From: Vicugna vicugna
Taxonomy: Eukaryota
Direction of reading: 5' to 3'
Length of the DNA: 64,000 nt
Assembly (NCBI GenBank): GCA_013265495.1
Contig: MU058213.1
Span: forward strand, 3,038,001 to 3,102,000
Of the stretch, positions 1 to 13,067 are shown one piece after another. The notes beneath the pieces are model-generated. The model worked only from the letters and a program-made list of their open reading frames with translations. It was not told the DNA's origin and did not search any database. The position numbers and the translations under genes were made by a program. Position 1 is the first letter of the stretch. Every line of letters starts with the position of its first letter.

Positions 1-689
1 AGAGACTTGATGGCCCAGGATTTAACTTCACTCTCAGAGACTTTTTACAAAGCAAACACTTGCTCCTCCATTACATTTCCACAACTGCTGCAAACACAAA
101 CCCAGTCAAGAAGCATTTTCTGAATTGTAATAAATAATGTATGTTTTCTTTTCACTTATAAGTAACATAAAAGGTAAAGGCAATCCAGGGTGATGCACTG
201 AATGAAGTAATAGTTTTGCAGTGACACCATAGCAGAGCTGCACAAAAGCTGCATGCCAGATGGCTACCTCGCTCAAGGGAAGACATAAACACCCTCCAAC
301 CTCTAGGACAGCAGGGCTTTGGGAAGAGGCAACAAGATCTCAATGCAAGGAGGCTTGAGCTCCATGTGAAGCCACTGGCTTCCGCAGAATTTATCACACC
401 GCTCATCACACCACCATCCCAGAAGTGGTACCTGACAGCTGTCTTCTTATCTTAAAAAGCAAACTTAAATTTGCTGTAGTTATGTCTTGAAGTTGTCATC
501 TCTATTTTTCTTGACTGAATGTCTGATCATCAGTTAAAATTGACAAGTGGGTAAGTAGAGATCTATGCTTATTTTCTGTTCTAAAAAAGAAAGAACCTCT
601 GTCACCTGAGGTTCTTAATTTTTATAGAACCAAATTCAGGCAGAATCAAAGGGATCCTTGAAGGAACACTTTCTTGCATACCATGTAGA

Positions 690-1130
690 TTTTTTTTAAT
701 TGAAATATAGTAGGTTTACAATGTGTCAATTTCTGATGTACAGTATAATGTTTCAATCATACATATACATACATATATTCCTTTTCATATCTTTTTCATT
801 AAACTACAAGATATTGAATATATTTCCCTGTGCTATACAGTAGAAACTTGTTTATTTATTTTATATACAGTAGTTAGTATCTGCAAATCTCATACTCCTA
901 ATCTATCCCTTCCCACCCCTTTTCCTTCCTGGTAACCACAAGTTTGTTTTCTGTCTGAGTTTGTTTCTGTTTTGTAAATAAGTTCATTTGTGTCTTTTTT
1001 TTAGATTCCACATGTAAGTGATATCATATGGAATTTTATTTTCTCTTTCTGGCTTACTTAGAATGACAATCACCAGGTCCATCCATGTTGCTGCAAATGG
1101 CATTATTTTATTCTTTTTTATGGATGAGAA
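690..1130 (-). mobile_element. L1 3' end fragment
   Basis: Poly-T head; antisense ORF2 tail peptide MPFAATWMDL. Confidence 0.85.
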
Positions 1131-1653
1131 GTATTTCATTAATTTTATGTCAACTTGACTGGGCCACAAGATGCCCAAACATTTGGTCAAACATTATTCT
1201 TCGTATGACTTTGATAATGTTTCTGGATAAGATTACCATTTGAATTGATAGGCTAAGCAAAGCAAATTACCCTCCCTAATGTGGAAGGAGCTTCATCCAA
1301 TCAGATGAAGACCAGAATAGAACAAAAAGGCTGAGCAAGAGGGAACTTCTCCCTCATGAATTAATGAGCTGGGGACATTGGTCTTTTCCAACCTTCAGAC
1401 TCAGACTGCAACACCAGCTCTCCTGCCGTCTCGAGCCTTTAGGACTGGATGCCAGCTTTGGGACTAGAACTACACAGCAGCTTTTCTGTGTCTCCAGCTT
1501 GCTAACTGAAGATCTAGGGGCTTCTCAGCCTCTGTAATTGCATGAGCCAATTCCTTATAATAAATCTCTTTATAGATATACATCTAGATAAATGTATAAA
1601 TATCTATATCTATCCTATGGGTTCTGTTTCTCTGGAGGACTTTGACTAATACA
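1131..1653 (+). mobile_element. MLT2-type ERVL LTR
   Basis: ttaattttatgtcaacttgactgggcca start and gttctgtttctctggag...gactaataca end. Confidence 0.8.
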
Positions 1654-3279
1654 CATAATCACCACCTCACTTTTTGTAGAATTTTGCTGCTGCAGGTAAT
1701 TTTCAGATTTAGATCTCTCCAAAAGATCAAAAGGTTTAGTTTCAGGACAAATTCCAGGGAGTCACTTGTGATTTCTTCTACTTTTCTTAATCGTAAATGT
1801 TGATTAAGAAGGCAAATTGCAAAAGCAAAGCTGTTTCTTCTCCTTTCCTGCTGCATTTGACTCAGAACTACCGTGAGACCAAAATATTCTGAGAATGCAT
1901 ATAAATCACACATCACAAGGTCAAAATAAAATAGCATTAACCAACCTGAGAGAAATATTCAAGTGAATTGAGGGCAATCAGACTGAGAATGGTGGTAAAA
2001 CTACATGGCACTTGCCACTGATTTCTCTACCGTGCAGCAGAGAACACCCCTCCCGACCACACTAAACACACTTGGACTATTTGCAAAGGGCTTCCAAAAT
2101 AGTTTAGACTACTTACAAATTTAGATAAAAAGTGGTAGAAGAAATGATATCTAGTGACAAACCTGCAATTGTGACAAGGTTACTACTCATACCTCACAAC
2201 TACAGTCCATCCCAGCTCTGTGAACAATAATCTGAGCTGGTCTGCACCACTGGCAAAATAATTTGATTAAAAAAATAACTGAAATAACTGATTAAAAAAA
2301 TAACTGATTAAAAAAAACAGTAAACACATTTTAAAGCAGCTCTGTTTAACTCAACTTACATGATGCTTTGTCTACTTCATTAAACGTATTTGAAAAGAAA
2401 AAGGGCATTAGGTGTTCCACTGGCTTATCTGATCATTGCAAATCACCACAACTAGCACTCCTACGTCTAAAAGGATTACACGGCTGCATCGTTACACAGT
2501 AATCTTGCCGGCTGCCTCTAGGGCAGTTAGCTCTACCAGTTTCTGCTGCACTAGTCAACTTGAATCTGCTTTTAAACCAATCAAAGACATAATGAAAACC
2601 AGCCAGCACAACAGAACCCTACAATCCCTGGCAGAACTGATCTGGAAGACAGCCCTTTCCTTGCCAACAGTAAAAGCTGGTCCTAACTTAAACCTGCAAT
2701 TGCCAAGCACAATTTCTATCCTTTCTAAGGCACTAAGTGGGACCCTTGGCTTCTTTGGAGGACCCTGTGTGACCCTGGCTAATGACCATGCACGTCAGTC
2801 CTCCTAAATAGCTATTCCGGGGAAAAGGGGATGTAGAGGGTGGGCATTCATCATTCATCCCTTCAAATCTTGGCGCACCCTCACTCCCTCACTCTGTAAC
2901 AGACACTAAGCCAGATCCTGGGATGCAACAGTAAATCAGATACAAAGTTGTCCTCTAGGTGCACCCAGTCCAAGTCTCAAACCAAATAATTACAACCCCA
3001 TGTTATAAGAGCTACGAGTGAGACGAATACACGGAGCATTGGGAACTTGGAAAACGTTCAAATATTTGGCTGAGGAGAAGGAAGAAGACATTTTCATAGA
3101 GAAGAAATATTGAGCCAAGTTCAAATTTTTAAGATCTCTTTATTCCTGTTCCTCTCTCCTCCCATATCAGTTGCCTTCAGTAACCATCCAGGTGAGAACA
3201 CCTCAAAATCAATGGGTTCCCAGCCCTGGAGGCCATAATGTGTTCTTACTTCACTTCTGTATCAGGTTAAGGGATAGGT

Positions 3280-3590
3280 TTTTTTGGTTTGTTTTTTAAC
3301 ACCTTTATTGTGGTATGATTCCTGCACAGTGAACTGCACATATTTCAGACGGACACTTTGATGAATTCTGATAAACGTATACACCAATGAAACCACCACT
3401 TCATTCAAGATAGCTAACATTTCCATCACTCCCCAAGAAGTGCAAATTTCACATTCCCAATTTATCCCTTCCCACTCTCTTTATCCCCTGATAACCATAA
3501 GTTTGTTCTCTATGTCTGTGAGTCTGTTTCTGTTTTGTGGGTAAGTTCATTTGTCCCTTTTTTTTTTTTAGATTCCACATATAAGTGATA
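3280..3590 (-). mobile_element. Short L1 3' fragment (same subfamily as 47011-47338)
   Basis: acacctttattgtggtatgattcctg...tagattccacatataagtgat. Confidence 0.75.
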
Positions 3591-3934
3591 GTTTTTCACT
3601 GTTTTTGTCCCTAGGGGCTAAAACACCAGCACTCAGGTTCCTGACAACATTATCACACTCAGCTTCCCAAACCTGCTCTGCCGAACAAATGGCAGTAGAA
3701 ATTCTATTTGACTCCCAGTCAATGTTTCCCCATTAACCAACTCCGTCCATTTCCCCTATAAAACATTAAGATGACAATGCGTACTGAACAGTCACAGTAC
3801 GCGGACTAGTCAGCTACTCCCCAGTACTCCCACACACTTCTGCTTCCTCTAATTACTCAGCTGTATGTTTACCAATAGTCAGTGGTGTCTGTCCACATAC
3901 CTGTTTATGCCAGTTGTAATCTGAATGAGGATCG

Positions 3935-4433
3935 TGACAGGCAGAAGGATGCCCCTCAAAGATGTCTACATTGTAGTCCTCAGAATCGTGAATACGCTAC
4001 CTACCGTATGTGGCAACAGGAACTTGGCAGATGTGATCACAGTTGAGGACTTTGAGATGGGGAGAGGAGACTGAATTACCCAGGTGGAACCAATCTAATC
4101 ACGTGAATCCTTACAAGGAGAGAGCCTTTCCTGCCTGAGTCAGTTCAAGAGAAACATTCTGGTTGAAAAACAATCAAGGAGTTGCCAGCTTTGAAGATGG
4201 AGGAAAAGGTTCATGAGCCAAGGAATGAGGGCTGTCTCTAGAAGCTGGAAAAGGTAAGAAAAGAGTCTCCTTAGAGCCCCTAGAAAGGAATGCAGGCCCG
4301 CTGACACCTGGATGTTAGTCCATTGAGACCCCTGTCGGACCTCTGACCTACACAACTGTAAGAAAATACATCTGTATTGATTTAAGCTGCAAAATTTGTG
4401 GTGACTTGTTACAGCAACAGTAAAACAAAAACA
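3935..4433 (+). mobile_element. MLT1 (MaLR) LTR, MLT1C/D-like
   Basis: ttggcagatgtgat...gatggaggaa...gctggaaaaggtaagaa...tttgtggtgacttgttacagcaacag. Confidence 0.8.
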
Positions 4434-7400
4434 CGGGCATGAAAGGCACCCTCCCTCTCTCCTCTAGCCTTAGCCTCGCTGAAGCTACTGTGGGTTTTGG
4501 TGTATGAAAGGAACTCTGCACAGGTGGCCTTCCAAGCTGCCCCCTGGGCAATGATGAGGACGCCTGAATCCTGCATGGTTAGAACTCACAGGATCAGCAA
4601 CATGGGGAGGCCAGTCTCCAGACTGGTTTTTGTAACAGATTTGCTAGGTCAAAACCTGCATGCGTTTCTAAGGAGGGGAATCACAGGGTTGAGTACTAAG
4701 TTGGGAAGAATGGGAAGCTTAAAAATAAGAGTCATACTTGAGACTCCCCACACTGACAGACTGAATGTATGAAGAACTGGGGGCCGATGGGGGTGGGAGG
4801 TGCTGTGTGAGGTCGTAAGAACACCATCTCTAGAAAAAGGGTTAAATTCAGTTCCTTGAACAAAGCACTTAACTTCACTGGTAAAATGGGGATAAAAGCA
4901 CTGAATTCTGAGTTGTAAAGATTATCAATAATTCATGCAAATCTCCAGGCCCACGTTCAACACCTCAGTCACCATCCCTGTGACACTTGCATGAAGTGTT
5001 GTTTTTTGGCTGTTTCTTGGCCTCACATGAAAAGCTAACACCTGACATGTTGAGGGCTTCAAATTTTTCACTTATATACGTTGCCTCCTTTGATCTTAAC
5101 AGCATCCTCAGAAGTAGGCAGAGTAAGCTTTATTGTTTTACAGAGGCAGCAACTGAGGTGTGGAAAGACGCAATGATTTTCAGACTGCTATTAAGCAGCA
5201 AAGAAGGCAAGCAGTCCGGTGCTGTTTGCACTCTCTCCCCTCCCGATGTCTCCGGATCCCGTCTCTGGTTTCCATATGCAACGTGGTTCCATTTGTGTGC
5301 CTCCCAGCAGGACTTTCAGTGTTGTTTTTATTAGAGGCAGTGTAGCGATGCTCCTCTTCCCACACTCCTCATCCTGACGGCCTCACACCTCCCTGTGCCG
5401 TATCTAACAGGCTGTCTCTCCCTCAGCCATCCACAGCCCAGATTCTCCCACCTCCTCTGTGCAGCAAAAGTACTACGTCCAGGCTGGCAGGCAGGGTCCA
5501 GACTGAGAGCTGTGTGCTTGCTGTAGGTTGGCAGCAGTGGTCAGAGCTGATAAGTTTTCATGCTTGTAGGATTAGCCCCACAAAGAAGTGTGCCGATCAC
5601 CTCAATCACTCCACACATCTGTAGAATGGTCTGAGGATTTCTTTATTATTGCCTCAGTTTCCCCAAAGGGGATCACCTTTCAGGATGCACATTTTCAGTT
5701 GAAATATGGTCCAAAGGCACACAGCAAATGACTTCAGCAGTGTGTCGTACATTATGTATCTTCTTAGATGTCTCTAGGTGCTCCTTATGGACAAATCTGG
5801 AATGTTCATCGTCTTAGTCTGGGGAGCTCACAAGAGCCCTGGCACTAGGTAAGGGGTTAGAATATGAACCAGAAAGCCCACCTGCTCAGTCCCTTGGTCC
5901 CCCTGCTCTCACAGCCCATGTTGGGGGAAGGAGGAAGAAGAGAGGGAGGAAGAACGGAGACTAACATCTAGTGAGCCCTGACTGTGGCTGGCAGGATGCT
6001 GTGGGTGTTTGTCACATGACCCAGGGACGTAGACGGGCACTGTTACTCCCACAGATGAGGAGCTGGAGATTACATTACCCAAGGTCACAGGGCATTAATG
6101 CCCAAAAGCCTGCTCCTGTGGCCTGAAGGGGTATGCACTCATCACCCCGGGCTGTGGGAAGTTGTGCTGCGGAGGCAGTCAGTGGAGAGACAGCTGTCTG
6201 CCCCACTGAAAATCGAAACCACTCGATCGAACATGTATTGCAGAGCAACTCCTATCTGGCGAATTTTTGTCTAGAGGTCTCAAACCTAATTAGGGAATGA
6301 AATCCCTGTTTGGTTTTTCAGATCTCACTCACAGGACCTGAAAAACAAACACACAGGCTCACTTCCTTCAGTGTTTACCTGGACCTTGGCTTTGCCATCA
6401 AGTTGACTCTCTTGTATTTAATCTTAAGCAGCGTCTCCCATCAGCTACTTGAATGACTGTCCACTGCTGAGCCCATGCAGGAGGTGTTTCTCAACCTTCT
6501 CCTTAGAAAAAAAAATTTTTTCATTGCAATTAGCCTTTTCTTTGAACAGAACAGGTACACTCTTCTTTAAGATGTCTCTACAGGCTTCCAGAGTTTCTCC
6601 TTACTTGTGGCCTCTATCCTGAGCGACATACACATCCCAATCCACCTCCTACTCCACTACCAAATTATTTCCAGTCTCCCAGCTTCTGACTCTGTTTCTT
6701 GGTTATAGTATCATTTCAGTCCTTGGTCTTGAGACTAATTCTGCAGCTCCAAGACCTGGCTTCACCCCCGGACCGTGATTTGGCACGCAACTCCTAGTTA
6801 AGATGCTTTCTGCCACTCTGAGTAAATATTCCGTATAATTCAGTTGACCCAGAGGTATACTTGAGGTTCTTGTGAACAATGTCCCCACCAGATCAACCCA
6901 CAAGCAGAATCCAGATCTCTGAGAATCAGCCTAGTAAGAGAAGTTTTCCAAGTTTCTCCATAAAGTCATGAACCAGGAGAGAAAGTCTGAAGCCTAGTTC
7001 AGATCAAATGACTCAGCTAGTGAGGGTCCAGTTCCCACCTGTGCTGTTGGCAGAATACCCAATGAGAACCAGCTCTTGGTATTGAGGAAACGGAGAGAGT
7101 CATGAATACTGTTTTATCTTAAACACTTCCCCAAGGCCCATGACAGTGCCTACTGCAACAAGTGCCCCTTCTTAGATGTAAAACATTGATCGCCCTAATG
7201 GTAAATAGGCCCTAAATGGAGAAAGGAATTCTCAATTCAAAGGTAGCCTTACAAATGGAAAACAAAGTAAGAGCCCTCTAAAAATAAGGAATACTTGTCC
7301 TACTCATAAGTATCATTCATAGGAAATAGTGCCGAGTATCTTTTGATGCAAGAAATATTAATAAAGGAAACATAAAACATTAATTCTGATATCACTGTCT

Positions 7401-7989
7401 TTGCCCATTCTCCTATATGCCTATGTTCTGAGTAAACATTTTTTTTCTGCCTAAAAAAATCATTGCAATATTAGATACATAAAATTAATTGGAATTTGAT
7501 TTGTTCACTTTCCACTTACTGGTACTTTGAGAAATTATGGTAATTTAAAACTCCCCAAGCATAATTTTGGGGCAATAAACTATCCACCAAGAGCACAATT
7601 GATTCAAGCCATAATTAGCCCTGCACAAGGCTGCAGCCAAATGGGCTCTCTTTTTACAAAACAAAGATTGTCAAGGGGAAATAGTTACCTTCATTACAGC
7701 TGAAACTATCCTGTTCTTCCTGTTGGAAAGAAGCAGAGTCATTCTCCTCCTACTCTTAGCCTCTAGCTGCTCCTCTAAACACTGTAACATGCTGGAACCG
7801 CCCACCAAGGAAGATCCAGCACATTTTCTGAAAGTCTGGGTCATGGAAAAACTAGTCCAGGCCAAAGCAGAAGGTGTCATCTGCTGGTCATACCAAAACA
7901 GATGTAGAGAAGACAAAACAAGCAGTATTGAGCACTTTGCCTTTAGCTGGATATATGATCTTGAGGAAGTCTGTTGGACTCTTGTGAAT

Positions 7990-9304
7990 CTCAGTTATGT
8001 GTCACAGGGGTGTAATGTGTGGGTCGGGGCACATTGGAGCATGTTGTGACCCCAGGTCCAGTGTGCAAGGTGCCAAGAGTTGAGGTGGGGGTGGTAATAC
8101 TGCATCCAGGGGACTGTGATAAATCTTCTACTGAGGCTCCTCAGGTCCACAACATCAACAACTACAGTTTGGTGAGCCCTGTGGGTGTCCACAGTGGCTG
8201 CAAGGGCTATTAGGGTCCTTAGCGGTGTCTCCAAGTCCAGCAGCTAGAGACCGGGGCAGGCAGCAGTGGTGGCCAGAGCTGGTGGTATGCACACACTCAG
8301 CCGCAGGGTCCAGCTGCAGGTGCCTGTGTAGTGAGTGGGGCCCAGAGCAGGCAGAAAAGTCTGGGGCCAACTACAGGCATGCTGGCAGCTGCAGGTGCTC
8401 TGGCAATAGTTATGCACTCCCTTGGCTGTTGCGTCTCATGACTGGTGCACAGCCATGGTGGCCTGTTACAGGGATCGGGACAGGGCTGTACAGGTGCACA
8501 GCTGGAAGGGCTAGATGCGTTGAATATGGTGCAAGCAAGCGACAGAAGACAGCCCAAGTGTGCGTGTGTGTGCGCAGGCGGGGGTGGGATTGGCTGTTGG
8601 TGTGCTCTCCCCTGGCTGCACCACATGCCTTGGGCATGTGCAGTGTGGCGGCAGCCGGAGCACAACTGAAGGGACTCACGCTGAGCATCCACACAGCTGC
8701 AAGAATCTAGGCTGATGTTCTGCACTGGGGTAGCCACACAAGCCTGGCGGCCAGTAGAGCCTGGGCTCCAGCAGGAGCTGGAGAGGAGTTTGAACTGTAG
8801 GATTCAGGCAGCTGGCATCAGCGAGTGTGAATACCTTTGCAGCACACACTGGTGAAATCTGCAGTGGGTCCACGGCAGCTATGCTGGCCATTGGTTTCTT
8901 TAGTGGGGAAAGCTGCCAGGTTGATCTGCAGAGCAGGTCACTGGGAACCACGATCTCCTGCTGTGTGGCTGCTCCTGGCAGCCTCTGCTTATCCTGGATC
9001 CTAGCCATCTCTGTGTGTCTCAGCTTTGCCGATTGGAGTGGTGTGAAACTGAAGGAGGACCTTCACACAGTGCCTGGAAGGCTGAGGAATCTGGTTGTGC
9101 ACCCTCTTCCGAGGAAGGGGAACGCTTCCTACCTGGGAAGTCACTTTTGGTGCTGAGCAGTGTTGGCCTGGGGATGGAATGATGAACACACAGGACGAAG
9201 CTGTCTTCCTTCCTTTCTTGTGCAGTTATTCTCAGAATTTTTGGTTCCACCGTGCTGCTAAAGTTTAAGTGTCTTCCAGAGCTCTCAGACCTGTTCCTTT
9301 CCAT
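7990..9304 (-). pseudogene. Heavily decayed BTB-BACK-Kelch (KLHL26-like) pseudogene with multiple frameshifts and stops
   Basis: GC-rich, CpG-decayed block. Colinear fragments in shifting frames: LQINLAAFP (8931-8905), LCGY/VQNISLDSC (8741-8699), LHHIQ (8534-8520), NYCQSTCSCQHACSWPQT (8411-8358), YYHPHLNSW (8099-8073), TWGH (8057-8046). These resemble recalled KLHL26 segments in the same order. The left and right limits are uncertain. Confidence 0.65.
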
Positions 9305-10439
9305 GGCTAGCTGTCTTAACTGCTGATCTTTGTTGGGGGACAGAGGCAGGAGTCTGCTACACCACCCTCTGCTGACATCACTCCTGAATTGTACATTTGA
9401 ATACTGTACCTCAGCTTCACAGTTTCAATTCAGTTTTCCATTCTGCTCGGTGCCTGGACTGAGGAGCGATTTGTAAGAACTAGATCAAGGAGCTTCCTTG
9501 TCCCAAGTGGAATCTTTCTGATCTTGAAACAAAAAGTCCAAAGTGCCTTTGGTTGAAGTCAGTCATTAGCCCTGAAATCCCCAACTTCATTTGTCTGTTT
9601 TACTCTCAAAACCAAGGTGACAGGAGTGTTCTCCAGGCAGTTAGCCAGCCCTTCTGCTATCCTTGCTCCGTCTCCAGTATGTATGCAGTTGGGGGTTTGA
9701 GATGAGAGCCTGAGCAAGTCCGTAATAATTTTCTGAGGCTGCAAGTTCTGATAGCATTTGGGGAAGGTTATCCCTTTTTTTTACCCCTGTGGGCAAAAGC
9801 TCCAGCATACCAGAGTCTTGGGCAAATAAAAGCTGTCAAAAATGAGTCCTGCAGCAGCACATGGGTAAACATATACCACTTTCTCTAGATCACCACTTCC
9901 CAAAAGAACAGCCTGTCTTTTTAAAGAACTGTTTTCCATGGCAACTTCCTCCACACTGAGAGTCATCACCGTCAAAAGTTGACCCAAGAAAACCCATAAC
10001 CCTTATTCCCAAGTTACTGTTTCAAGCAGTCCAGACAATCCAGGCCATGCCAGCCTTTCTATCCCTTCCAGAGTGGGGGAGGGTCTTGGGGAGGTCAATG
10101 AGGATAGCTCATTCAGGTCTTGTGTGGTCTGTGTGGGAAGTCAGATCACAATATTTAGAAGAAATAGTAGTAGAAGAAGCCGTGGAAAGTTCTAATGTTT
10201 CATCACAAAACCAATGCTGAAATCCCAGTGCACTGAAAACTTTCCCTGCAGTAACCTCAGTCCACAATTCAGAAGGCTAGAGGGAAAACGCTAAGAAGTA
10301 ATGTTCTCAGTCAAAGAATAATCTGTCCTTTAGTAGAGCTGAAGGTCTGAGCAGCATTTCCTAACAGAGCCCCTGGGGAACGACTTGAAGCAGAATAGGC
10401 TGCAGTCATTCCCTCAATCACCATTCAGTGAGTACTTAC

Positions 10440-10640
10440 TGATCAGTTTAATGATATATTTTACTTAAACCAATATATCTAAGATACTACCATTGCAATA
10501 CCAGAAATGTGTTAATGAGCTTTTACATTCTGCTTTCCATCAAAATCAGGTATATATTTTACACGTGGAATACATCCTACTTTGCACGAGCCACACTTCA
10601 TCTGCTCAGCAACCACATGTACCTAGGGCTTATGGCATTC
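10440..10640. mobile_element. MER3/MER33-like hAT-Charlie fragment
   Basis: atattttacttaaaccaatatatctaag...gccacacttcatctgctcagcaaccacatgt. Confidence 0.5.
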
Positions 10641-10869
10641 TACATCTTGGGCTTAAACATTGAATCCACTCTTCATGTCTGATGAAATTAGTAAAGTGGT
10701 TTCCATCTGGAAATAAAATGGCATTACCAAGTTTTAATGCTTAACTAATGGGTTCTACCAAATCTAAGTGGATTATAATAGAAGGATATCACTTGACAGC
10801 CAATTTGATATGGTTAGGGAGAGCACACGCTTTACAGTCAGACGTTCTCATGTTAAAATCTCAGCAAAA

Positions 10870-11300
10870 TGGTAGATAAAAGGATCTTCACTAACTGATT
10901 GTTTGCAATAGTGAAAAATTAAACACTGGTTTAAATTTCCCTCGCTAGGATAATGGATAACAAATTGTGCTGTAATCCCCTGATGGAACATTGTACGTAA
11001 TTTAAATGAATAAGCTGGATTACATGTGTGCATAACAGAGATATAACTAAAAAAAAGTTTAATGAAAAAATGTATTTTATAATAGGATACCTTCAGTATG
11101 ACACCATTTTTTAAGAATTTAATCACATGTAAAATACTGTACTATATCAGTGGTGGATATGCACTAATGACGTGCAATTATAAAGACATGCCGGGAAAGG
11201 GAGACCTCCACTTTGGAATAGTGGTTCTCTCGAGGAGGGAGGAGGGAAATGGGGTGACAGTGTGCAAAGTGAGACCTCAACAGTATTTGCAATGATTTAT
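10870..11300 (+). mobile_element. Old L1 (L1ME-like) 3' fragment
   Basis: Degenerate ORF2 end and 3'UTR motifs (ttgtttgcaatagtgaaaaatt...ggataacaaattgtg). Confidence 0.5.
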
Positions 11301-13067
11301 TGAGGAGGAAGAAAAAAATCTTTACGACAAAAACATAGGCAGTTAACAAATGACTACAGCTCAGAAAATCCCTTGTCTGAAGATCACTTTGTTCAGCTTC
11401 TTAATAGTTTTGAGGAAGTAAAAGCAACAAATGCAATTCTTAGTCTAGGGAGCTTCTAGACAAGCTTGAATCTAAAATCTGTTTCCCCAGGTAGCCCATC
11501 TTCCCACAAGGCAAGTGCACAGGACAACACTGGCTTAGAGAAGGGAGGTTAGAGACACACAGAAGGGCAGCTATAAATACTGAACTTAGCACCCCGACAA
11601 GTCCAGGAAGAAATGGCTTTCTGAACAATCTAATGATTCAAGTTAATGGAGAATGACAAGACGTGCCTCCACAGTTTGTTCAATCTGTAGGATTTCTACT
11701 CCAGGCCGTACACAGGGGAAGAAAATTTAAAGTAATTAATGCAAAGTTAATTATCACGCAGGCATTGGGAATTTAATATAGAGCTTACAGAGGATTTATT
11801 CCTGGACATATTTTTTTATCAGCATCTCCTAACCCACCTGTGCCTCGGCAGTAAGGTTTCTAATGCTAAAATCCTTTTACTGCTTCCATTTGTTCTCCCA
11901 TAATTATGCAAAACTATGTACTTTGTTCTGCACATTCCCAGTTCAATTTAAACACTGATTAAATGGGAAATAAATGAATTTGGTGCAAGTGTTGATAGAA
12001 TCATCATAAACTGGCCCTTACACATGGAAATAAACCATTCGCTAATGGAATAACTGGTCTTTATTTGGGGGAAAACACATAATGTGATCAGATGACATGC
12101 ACAGTCACCGGCCTCCACGGATGGGTATGTTACAAGAATGACGGTAAATTAATTTGAACAAGCTATTCTAGCACAGGACATGCAGGCTCTAGTTAGAAAC
12201 ATGAGTCCAGTGAAAGAGAAAAAATATGATCTGCCCTGTCCACTTTACAGAGTTTGTCCTACGAAGGTGATGGGACTTTGAATCAAGGAATGGAGACAGT
12301 TAATTATCTCATGAATAAAACGTGCACATTTAAAGTAATAAACTCCCAGGTGGTAACCTGAGAAAGTTTCTGCGGAGACCACAACAGACTTCCACAAGCC
12401 AGCATAATGCCACTGTTCCTGGCAACCTGCAGGTAAAATCTGGAGGCTCGTTTAGGGTGTTCTGTGGGCTTAAAAAGAGGTAGCTACAATATTTCAACCA
12501 AAACAGAAAATTAACTACACCCCAGCTTGTTTGGAGATGAGCCTGGATTGTACCTGCTGGAATTCTCAGCAGCTGAAGCATTTACTGTGCACTGTCTTTC
12601 TGGGATGTGTTTGAGAGATGAAACACATCTCTGACTATTAGAATATAACTCGTGGTTGTCTAAGAACATGATCTCCAAAGCACCGAACAGATGACTTTCT
12701 TGGATGGATATAGCTCATTACTAGGCAGGTAACTAGCCCATATTATAGGAGTGAACCAGGTCCATTAGAGTAACAGAGGCATCGCAAATACAGGCAATCA
12801 GGTGCGCACAGGCCAAGAAAGCAGTAGGAAAAGACAGAAATGCCTGAACTCTTTAAGAAAAAACATTCTCTGGCTGAGATAATGAGTCCAAAATTTAGCA
12901 TCACATTTTTAACAGTTTCTCTTTGCATCTAATTACAAAGTTAATACTTCCTCATTTAAAATAAAATCCAAATAAACACACAAAGAAAAAGAACGTTAAA
13001 AAAAAATCTGTGACCCTATTTATCCAAAAGGTTTATGTCCTTCCAATGCTGTATGTAATTATTTAAG

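Noticed and set aside
1659..1937. 92-aa minus-strand ORF beside the MLT2 LTR
   Set aside because: No recognisable domain and no convincing splice sites.
8225..9156. Long plus-strand ORFs (161 aa, 109 aa) and overlapping minus-strand ORFs
   Set aside because: By-products of GC-rich decayed coding DNA. No single frame carries the KLHL-like motifs continuously, so none is an intact gene.
9559..9987. Two short minus-strand ORFs upstream of the kelch relic
   Set aside because: No similarity I can recognise to KLHL or other proteins.
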